A stretch of 63,874 nt of DNA, counting the filler, from Atractiella rhizophila (taxonomy: Eukaryota): NCBI GenBank assembly GCA_021432655.1. It is 8 parts of 6 records of this genome, joined end to end, with 100 filler letters (N's around TTAATTAATTAA, not from the genome) between each part and the next. Parts side by side here need not be neighbours in the genome. Positions count along the whole stretch, not along the records: positions 50,742 to 56,493 come from MU271540.1; positions 56,594 to 58,300 come from MU271540.1; positions 58,401 to 61,009 come from MU271565.1; positions 61,110 to 62,770 come from MU271567.1; positions 62,871 to 63,874 come from MU271641.1; 3 more parts are not named here. One strand, 5' to 3'. Each line of letters opens with the position of its first letter. Within the stretch, counting starts at the first letter, position 1. The position numbers were made by a program, and so were the translations under genes. Below are positions 54,901 through 63,874 of this stretch, piece after piece. The notes below the pieces were generated by a model. That model was not told the origin of the DNA, did no database searches, and was given only the letters and a program-made list of their open reading frames with translations.

Positions 54901-56595
54901 AGCCACCACCTCATCCTCCTGTTCCTTCAACACACCATCAACGCACGGCACCCCACAACCGTCCTGTGAACTCAACCATCGCTCATTGGAGCCAGCCACC
55001 ACTCCTGTTCCGTGTAGGCCTTAGACCGGAACAATAGCAAGGATGTCCCTCGGTAAGTCACTGTGTTTCCAAACTCCCTTACTTCTNNNNNNNNNNNNNN
55101 NNNNNNNNNNNNNNNNNNNNNNNNNNNNNNNNNNNNNNNNNNNNNNNNNNNNNNNNNNNNNNNNNNNNNNNNNNNNNNNNNNNNNNNNNNNNNNNNNNNN
55201 NNNNNNNNNNNNNNNNNNNNNNNNNNNNNNNNNNNNNNNNNNNNNNNNNNNNNNNNNNNNNNNNNNNNNNNNNNNNNNNNNNNNNNNNNNNNNNNNNNNN
55301 NNNNNNNNNNNNNNNNNNNNNNNNNNNNNNNNNNNNNNNNNNNNNNNNNNNNNNNNNNNNNNNNNNNNNNNNNNNNNNNNCTGAAAGGTGAGTGCCTAGA
55401 ATAGAGGGATTCCCAGAAAGAAAGCCTAAACAGGAGTTGTGAAGATAATTTATGTCAGAAGATCACTGTTGGCCCCTTTTCAGTATCGCCGAACAGATAT
55501 TTACCGCCTAGCTTGTCTGCCATGGGAAGTGAGAGTTCTTCGAGAACACAGGCGGTCTTCCCGACCACTACCCGTACTTTATTGCGAGTGATAGGCTGGG
55601 AATGTGCGGGAAGATGAATGTCATGTCGGCACAAGGACATCTCCCTGGATTGGGCATGAAAGTACGCTTATGAGTGAAATGCGACCAAAGAGGAGACGAA
55701 TTCAATAAGCTGGAGAAGGAAAACCGAGCAGAGAGAAAGAGGGCAGAACTGCATCTCGGGCAAAGAGTAGATTAATTTAGCCAAAGATTTCGCGAAAAAG
55801 GATGCAGATGAATGATCCTACATGTCAACAGGCACAAGCGAGATCAATTTAGATGATGGCGAGTAGCACCTTGAAAAAGCGGTGCGACCAGCAAACCTAT
55901 AGTGACGGATGGCAAAGAAGGAAAATGTGGCAAATCAAAGGAACTTTCGGAGTCACTTGGAAAATGAAACTGCGCTCTCTTCCGGCACCATTGTAACCTT
56001 CCTTCCCTACGCACTCCTATCAGATTCCTACAACAAGCTATCAAGGGACCGACCGAGCCATTTCCCCTCTCGTTTCCTCTCGCACCAAACGGTGGACTCG
56101 GCGGATAAGGCGACTCCTTCTTCATACCCTCTCCCTCCTCCAATCCCGCACATTTACATTGTTGGAGGAGAGCATCTTTTCTTTAAGCCTCGTCCCAATT
56201 TTCCCAGCTTTCCAATCCTGCGCCGCTCGCCTTTCATCCTGTTTTCGCCTAATATAGTTGACAAAGAGGTACAGGACGCCTAAGCCAACGAGTGCGCTGA
56301 AATAAGATACTGGTCATCCTTGGATGAGCGTATACTCCTGATGATGTAAATAGGGAACGGAGAAGACAGGAAAGGAGAAAAAGTACAGCTCGCAATTAGA
56401 TTTTGTTCGTCGAATTTGGCTGAGTTCGTACTCTTTGGCTCTTCGCTCGTCTCTGGATCTTCAGGTTCACGTTCTTGCCTCCGAACCAGACTGNNNNNNN
56501 NNNNNNNNNNNNNNNNNNNNNNNNNNNNNNNNNNNNNTTAATTAATTAANNNNNNNNNNNNNNNNNNNNNNNNNNNNNNNNNNNNNNNNNNNNTT

Positions 56596-58072
56596 TTCTA
56601 GGATTACGGATTCAGAAATCGCTGGCCTCAATCTTCCTCCCATTCCTCCTTCGCCTTCTCCTCCCCCAGTCAACTCCCGTCGACGCTTACCACCGCCGCC
56701 TGAGCCGGTGGAACAGTATAAAGTGTTCCTCCCTAATCTTCCACCTCCCAAGAAACGGCTCAAGGAATCCTCAGACCTTATGCCTCAGTACATGCAACCG
56801 TATCAAATCTTTCTAGAGGAATGGTTTGCGCCATATGAGGGGAAGGAGTTGGCAGAGATCGTGGACGAAATCGTGGATCTTGTACCGGTGGAAGGAGATC
56901 CATGCTCTAGCTACAGAGAAGGGAAGAAGTTGGAGAAGGAAATGGAGATTTGGGCAAAGGTCAAGCATTTGGAGGAGTTCGGGGATGGAGTGGAAATGGA
57001 CCCTAGTCTCAAGAAAAACGTGGAGCATAAGCGGAAGGAAGATCATCGGGACGCACTCGTCCTTCATGCAACTAGCTTGGCGAAATTATGGGGCTTAGGA
57101 TATGAAGGGAAGGCACGCGTTCATGGGAGGGAGAAGAAGGGTCCACTCGGGAAGATAGTAAAGGAGTATTGGGCCAACAAAGAGACTCGTGAGAAGGAGG
57201 CGGAGGAAGCGGAAGAGAAAGAGAGGAAGGCAAATGCAAGATGGATTGCAAAAGAGATCAAGAAGAAGTGGAGGGAGGCTTACGACCTCGTCATGGCAAG
57301 GAAGGAGGAAGCGGAGAGGATTGAGAGGGAGAAGGAAGGAAAGAAACAACTCGATCGCCTCTTGGAGCAGAGTCGAGAGCTTCTTGGAGGAAGAGGAAGG
57401 GGGACTAGTGAAGACGAAGAAGAGGAAGAAGAGGAGGAGGAGGAGGAATACGAAGACGGAGCAGTGAGTGATGATACAGAAGAGGAGGTCAATTCGGAAG
57501 ACCACCATGACAACAACAACCCCACGACTCCATCCTCCGAAGCTTTTGAACCGAATGGGGTGGATGAACCGGAAGGTGCTCTTGAGGATGACGAAATAGA
57601 CATGGAAGCGATGATGAGGGAGGAAGCGGGCGAGCTTCCGGTGCAGATTTCAGATGCCTTTAGCATCACCCGTCAACGGCCACCTCCAATTGTTCCTGAT
57701 CTTTCCTCTCTGGCAACCGCGGCCCTTACTCCGAGCATGAACTTGCACGCTTCACAAAACGTATCTTCACTCCTTCCTCCTGCCGACGTCGCCGCCCTCT
57801 CTGCTATTGAATCTGAAGACTATGCTGAGCTGGAGAAAGAACCTGACCACCACCAGATTCACGCTGATGTCGAGAACGATCGGGAACGCAATTCGGAGTT
57901 TGAAGATGAGGAGGATGACGACAGAGCCCAGGACGATGAACAGATGGAAGCTGAAATGGAAGGAGAAGAGGACGGAGCGAACGAAGATAGTGAAGAGGAG
58001 ATGCGTGAATTGGAAGAAGATGCCAATCTGACAGTGGAGGAGCTGCGCAGGAAGTATTATGGTGATGGCTAG
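56596..58072 (+). CDS. Swr1-like N-terminal region (HSA domain plus acidic linker); 5' end in gap
   Basis: HRDALVLHA..., EEKERKANARWIAKEIKKKWREA...EGKKQLDRLLEQSRELL, acidic tracts, and ELEEDANLTVEELRRKYY, as in Swr1 upstream of its ATPase. Confidence 0.7.
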
Positions 58073-58400
58073 CGCCCGCTCTCCCGTAGGTTATCAGCTC
58101 AATCGAACTCCCGTGTCCGCCGTCTTGTCTGGAGTACTTCAGGATTAATCATTTGCGATCGCAAGTGACATGTGTTGGCTCGTACATCTCCCGAGTTTGG
58201 AGGCGCAATATTTTATCTCACTTGCATCAGTGCTTTGTGTGTCATGCTAATGAAAGTGATCATGCTGGCTCATGCATCCTTTGATGGTGAATCTTTTTGG
58301 NNNNNNNNNNNNNNNNNNNNNNNNNNNNNNNNNNNNNNNNNNNNTTAATTAATTAANNNNNNNNNNNNNNNNNNNNNNNNNNNNNNNNNNNNNNNNNNNN

Positions 58401-59333
58401 TATGGGGGGAGAAAGTCCACTCAAACCGCAGATCATCTCAATCCTGCGGCTGCACAGTCTCATCGAAGCTTGCCGAGGTCGAATTCTGACGTCTCTCTCG
58501 CTTCCATGGATTCAGGGGATGAGGTGTTACCCCAAGGAGGGGCTGACCCCGCAATGGGTGGTAACGCCGTTTGGCGCGACGGACAATGGTTTACTGTCCT
58601 AGACGAGCGGTTTGTCCTAACCAAGCTCCTGATGTATTCGGGCTAATGGGCTCCACAGATTTCTGCTCCCAGTCTTCAGTAACGCCACAGCCTCGCGACG
58701 TCAGGCAGCACGAAAGTCGATGCGCAGAAGCACCACCGCTCTAGATCAATACGATCCAGATGGGAGTCCAAGCGGAGCAGCGTCCCCCATTTCACTCAAC
58801 TCGCCATGGCTCGGTCCGTCTGACGGTCGCAGTCCTAATGGACGACGGACATTCTCACCTGGTTCGTCACCTCCTTAAATGAAGACTGTTTGTTTGACTC
58901 ACGCCCAGCGTTGATGGACCAGAGCGGGAACGTTGGGAAGGGAGGAACGGGGAACGGGATAGGGATAGGGATTGAGTCCGGTTCCACAGGTCAAGACCGA
59001 CACTCGCGGACGAACGGCAGCCTTGAATTCATCAATCTAACGGGGCAACACAAGAAGAAGAAATCCGTTGAGCTCCCTCATATCGTCACCATCCACTCCT
59101 CGACTTCGTCATTGTCAACATCTCCGGCTCTCTCTCCCCTCCCATCGCCTCGTCATCATTCTGCTCTTCCTCCATCCCATCTTTCGTCGGTAGCCGAAGA
59201 GCACGGAGATCCTGGGTCTCTGCCCTCATTTCGTGCTGCCAACACTCTATCGATACCCACAGCCGTGCCTAATCTAGAGCCCCTATCAAGGACGAGGAGC
59301 ATGAATGGGAAGGACGAGAGGAAAGCTTCTTGA
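58401..59333 (+). CDS. 3' exons of an unidentified gene with a Ser/Pro-rich tail
   Basis: Short GT-AG introns and a terminal coding exon ...DRHSRTNGSLEFINLTG...DERKAS*. The 5' part is in the gap. Confidence 0.45.
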
Positions 59334-59600
59334 GACTCAGCATTGATTGAGTGAATGGACAGTGGATAGATTGATAGAGGTTTGGCGTCCGTCCGTAATA
59401 GAGAAAACAGTAGCATCTGTATATATCCGGGGCTCACCTCCGTCATCGTCTTATAGCCCGCTTGTTGTCCTCACGGTTTCGTCTCGTGCTTAATTCTAAT
59501 ATTCGTTACAAAGTACACATTTTACTTGTACAATGCAGCACCTAAACTTCCGAACTTCCAGTGGTGTCATAATAGCGCAGAGTTCATGACCACTGCCACA

Positions 59601-61009
59601 TTAAAGCTTGCCCAAACGCTCTAACACTCCTTTGAGTATTGGCGCGACCTGTTTCCTGGTTGCCTTTGTATTCCCCTGCCTCCAAACCCTACAGAGATCC
59701 CCGTACTCTTTCTTCTTCACCTTCTCACCATCAGCATCCTTCCACTTCTTCAACTCGAGCACTCCGTCTTCCTCCATCTTCTCAAAGACATCATCCAAAC
59801 CTTCTCCTTCCTTCACGCATATCATAAGTTCTCTCCTATGCTTCCCTCCCGATTCTGCAGGCTCACGGAAGGTAGTTAGGATGCCAGACAGGGACAGGGA
59901 GCGTTCCGCCATCCAGGAAGCGGTAGAGGATTCGAGAGAGGCGACGGTGGAAGGCGAGAGGCGAGAAAGGAAGGCGGTGAGAGGCATGGGGACAGTTGAT
60001 AGTCCCCATCGTAGACCGGAAGTGGAAGAATACTCTTTGTAATCTCTCCGTAGGAGATCACGAGCTTCCAGACCTGCAAGATCGAGTTTCAGCTCATTCA
60101 GGCGGGAAGTTAGTGCTGCGTTGCTCGGTTCTGAAGATACAGTGTTAGGTTGGAGTTCGGATGTAGGTGAGGAGGATTGAGATTGGAGGTATTGGACGGC
60201 AGAAAAGTCGGCTTCTATCGCCTTCGATGCTAGGTTGTTGGTGTCGATGAGGATGGCGGAGAGTAATAGCTTAGCCGCTGATGGCGGGATGGGAAGCTTT
60301 TGCTGTGCAAAATGCTGAGTGACGAGGGAGGCGCAAGAGCCTGTAGCTTCGATTTTTCTTGGAGAGGCTTCCATGTGCGCTTCCTCGTCTACATGATGAT
60401 CCTTTCGTTCATATAGGAATTAAAATCAATGAAAGATGGGAAATGGACAACACACTAGTATCCCGACCACTTTTCCTTTCAGTTTTCCATCCAATCGATT
60501 GTGATCTACAAGGGTCCATTTTCGTTCCTTCTCCCCAAAGGTCGAGGGTAGGTCATCCATGCACAATATGTCTTCGTGCGATAACCCAGCGAGAGAAAGC
60601 GCGTAGAGGTTCTCCCGTCGTAGGTAGAAGTCGCTATGAGTAGTAACGGAGAGAGGTATATAGGATGCAGAAGAGGACGAGGATGTGATGCTAGAGAGAT
60701 ATGCGTAGGAGATCGAGGAGGAGAGGGTATCAAGATCTACGAACATAGGTCAGTTACTTTTATCTGGTCAGACCGCGTTAGAAAGTTTGCCAGTTGCAAC
60801 AGTTGTGATGCTTGTTCATGATCCACTTTCTCAACGCAACTGTACATGACGGCAAGCTCGAATTGTCATCAAAGGACGAAGTGTGCAGATGTAAAACGTT
60901 GGAAAGTCGGATCAAAAAGCAGAAAGAAAAAGTACCTCCAGCTTCGTTCCCGACCACAATAACCCACTTCTCCTCATCCAAATCCTCCAAGAAGCTCTTC
61001 TTACTCCGC
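59601..61009 (-). CDS. PPX1: Exopolyphosphatase, DHH/Prune family (5' end in gap)
   Basis: VVGNEAG-DLDTL, LVDHN, VVGIL-DHH, TGSCASLV, AILIDT, LLRRDYKE and TRKQVAP. Confidence 0.92.
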
Positions 61010-61899
61010 NNNNNNNNNNNNNNNNNNNNNNNNNNNNNNNNNNNNNNNNNNNNTTAATTAATTAANNNNNNNNNNNNNNNNNNNNNNNNNNNNNNNNNNN
61101 NNNNNNNNNAGTACAGTGACGGAAAGCGCTTTAATATGAGGCGTCGTTGGACCGAGTTGTAAAGAGAAGTTGAGTCCCGTCAAGCAGGTCTCAGGTGACT
61201 TTAGGGGATTGTACAACACAAAAGGCTATCCTTCCACGCTCATGAGAACTTTCTTACATCTCAAACATAGGGAAACTTGTATAAACTGACCTTTGTCACT
61301 CGAAGGTAAGCACCTCTTGTAATGCAAGTCATCACAAGCCATCAAACCCAACCTCTTGCTCTGGGAAACGGCAAGACGTACTTAAATTGCCCATCACCCA
61401 CATACGTGTCCATGGCTGCTTCAATCCCCAGCCGTATCCGCTATTGTAATCCTCTCCGTAGCAGTATAGGATACTTCAAATCGTCGCTGCAGGAAATCAT
61501 TTGCTGCTTTCCTTCCTGTACTTGCATGTTTGTATTGTGCCTGGAAATCCGTGGAGACCTTTATGTGAGGCACAATGGCTTACCCATGCATTCTTTATAC
61601 GGGAGAACCAATACATTGTTTGGTCTATTGTAATTGTAAGAACATATTCACGGCATTTTTCGACATTTCGCAGAACAGTTCAAGATATTCGGATATAGGA
61701 AAGGATTAGATTGTGAAAATGGCAGAAGCCCTCAAATCAAACATTTCGAAAGCGAGGAAAAGGTGCACCTGTCCATACAAGTTGATCTCCGGAATAAGAA
61801 ATTGTTGCGTGATTCACGCCACGATGCCGAACATTCCGTCCAGTCTGATATCGTGAGAGGTAATACCTCAATTCTCTCGAAAAGCGAGCAAAGGCCGCC

Positions 61900-62653
61900 T
61901 TTGTCCACAGTCTGAAGTGGATTTGAGAATGTGCATCTTAAGATGCCAGTCCTGTCCTTAGTAGGGAAAATCTATCCCCCACCTCGACTGAAATTAACCT
62001 TGCAACGGGGATCCCCCCTAACAAGATTCGTAGTTCCAGGGGTCAACCTAAAAAGATGTGGTCCAAAATCGGTTCGAAATGATGATCCAAGGGACATCTG
62101 CAATTATTGCTGTGAATAAAACGACAAAGAGGTGTTTTTTTTTGATCTAGAAATCGAAGGGAGACGTTTTTCAGTAAGGATCTCAATGTCCACTGACAAT
62201 TGCGGGCTTGGTGTGATGAGCAAATAATTGGCAAAGTGTATACATCTGCGGGAAGCGAAGTTGTGCAACGTAGCATTTCAAGATGTGTTTTCTGACAGCT
62301 CCTGGTTTGACAGGTTCCTTCGAGTTCCGCACGTATTCATATGAAAGTTCGCGAGGGGAAAAAGTCCAACACATACGTTCACGATAGTATGCAAATTTGC
62401 AATCACAAACTTTGTGACTGAATGCAAAGCAGCGAGTGAAAAGATCGAACTGGTCCTTATTCTCGATAAAAGGCAAAAGCGATTGCCATTGAGAACGAGG
62501 GTCATCGTCATCTTCGCTGAAATAGCAAGCCTGATATTGATTTTTATCAAACCAGAGTTTGTGAAACCCATCCCATTCTGGTTGTTGAAGAAAGACAGTG
62601 CTGTCAAGGAAGTAATGGGAGTGTGGACTTGTTGGATCTCGGAAGTCAATCAT
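61900..62653 (-). pseudogene. Unidentified intronless coding relic between two gaps
   Basis: A 156-aa protein-like ORF continues in shifted frames with stops. No family recognised. Confidence 0.3.
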
Positions 62654-62870
62654 GATACCAAAGCTGTGAGTTAGTTCGCCGCAACCAAAGGTGCCGGGAT
62701 CTCTTGAAAATGCTTTGAGGAATGAAATTTCGTTGCGTTTATAGTTTTGCGAGGCGCCAAAGCCCGTGCCNNNNNNNNNNNNNNNNNNNNNNNNNNNNNN
62801 NNNNNNNNNNNNNNTTAATTAATTAANNNNNNNNNNNNNNNNNNNNNNNNNNNNNNNNNNNNNNNNNNNN

Positions 62871-63874
62871 CCCCCACTCGTCTCCAAAGAAGGATACGTA
62901 CTGTATCTCACCGTCTCATTGAACAGGATGGAATCTTGAGGAACCACTCCGATTTGAGAGCGGAGTGAGTGTTGCGTAAGAGAACGAAGGTCGTGGCCAT
63001 CCTGTCCCACGAATTCAGTAATTCGACGCTAAACGGCTCAGAAGTGACTGACGATCTTGATCGACCCTTCATTGATATCATAAAAGCGATACAACAGCCT
63101 CAGAATCTGTCATTATCTTTCCATCAGCGTGGTTCATAAAAGGAAGGGGAAGGCGCACACTGCTTTTACCTGCGCCACTCTCTCCAACCAAGGCCACAGA
63201 CGTCCCAGCCGGGATCTTAAACGAGAGGCTGTTGAGGGCCGTACGTTTCCCATCGTACGAGAAAGAGACGTTATCTACGCTCCACAACAGTTCCATCAGC
63301 ATCATCCTTCCTGATTTGTTCGACTGGGAGAAATGTGAGAGGGGTGGTGGAAGTGAACGAACCGAACTCGACGTCTCCTTTCACTTGTATTTCTTGGGCA
63401 TCTGGGGAATCCTTGATCTCTTGTTCTTCCTGTACCATATCCAATAACCAGTCAATCATCACGTTCCTCCTGCGAAAAGGGAAGGGAAGTACTTCGAGCA
63501 GCTTGATTAGGTTCTCAGTATCCACCAAATTCTGTTGGATGATCCTATATAGCGTTCCCAGCGCTCCAAGAGGAACGTAAAGTTGGGTCCTAGAGGAATT
63601 AAGCACGAATCAATATCCTTGTCTATCTGGGGATCAAGAAGAGTCGATCTGACTCTGTTTGTTGGGGAGGAACGGTGGGGAAGACGAACAAATAAGTGAT
63701 GAAGCGAATAAACCCTCCAACCTGTTGTTGTCCGGTCGCGACGCGATAAGCTACGATGAAACAACCGGCGAGGAGGCCCGCGGAGATGATTATGTTTTGA
63801 GTGAGATTGAGAAGCTGCAGACTCACTGTCCTTCTTCATTAGACTGCTAGTGGGAGGAACGGAGGGCGACTCAC
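62871..63874 (-). CDS. HMT1: ABCB half transporter, HMT1/ABCB6-like (partial)
   Basis: [64 protein letters not shown] and [17 protein letters not shown]. The pattern is closer to Hmt1 than to Atm1. Confidence 0.82.

Noticed and set aside
55043..55404. ORFs spanning N runs (also 13891-14589)
   Set aside because: Their length is an artefact of translating N as X.

Overview
Intron-rich fungal nuclear DNA, probably a basidiomycete (mostly ~50-60 nt GT-AG introns with CTRAC branch sites; basidiomycete-type orthologues). It comes from a draft scaffold with nine N gaps, seven carrying an artificial TTAATTAATTAA linker. The left third is a compact housekeeping block: Nup49/Nup58-type FG nucleoporin, 2OG-Fe(II) oxygenase, TIM13, MED7, OCT1/MIP, an SreA/Cir1-type iron GATA factor, an AAA ATPase fragment, RNase T2, eIF5 and a SIKE-like coiled-coil gene. 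The middle holds duplicated or accessory material: two ABCC transporters, two divergent F-box/LRR-like genes plus a pseudogene copy, membrane proteins, a UPF0183 gene, a cytochrome b561 and a 2608-bp tandem repeat. The right end has a TA-rich degenerate island, a Swr1-like N-terminal ORF with no visible ATPase, PPX1 and an HMT1-like ABCB transporter. I cannot show a clearly new multi-gene system from sequence alone. The best leads are: four CCAAT-N12-RWT motifs in the iron GATA promoter, a splice-terminated weak-context uORF in eIF5, the helicase-less Swr1-like ORF, the divergent F-box pair, a structured C/D-box-like PPX1 intron, and a possible CpA-type RIP-like island. All protein calls come from manual motif recognition, and exon boundaries are approximate.
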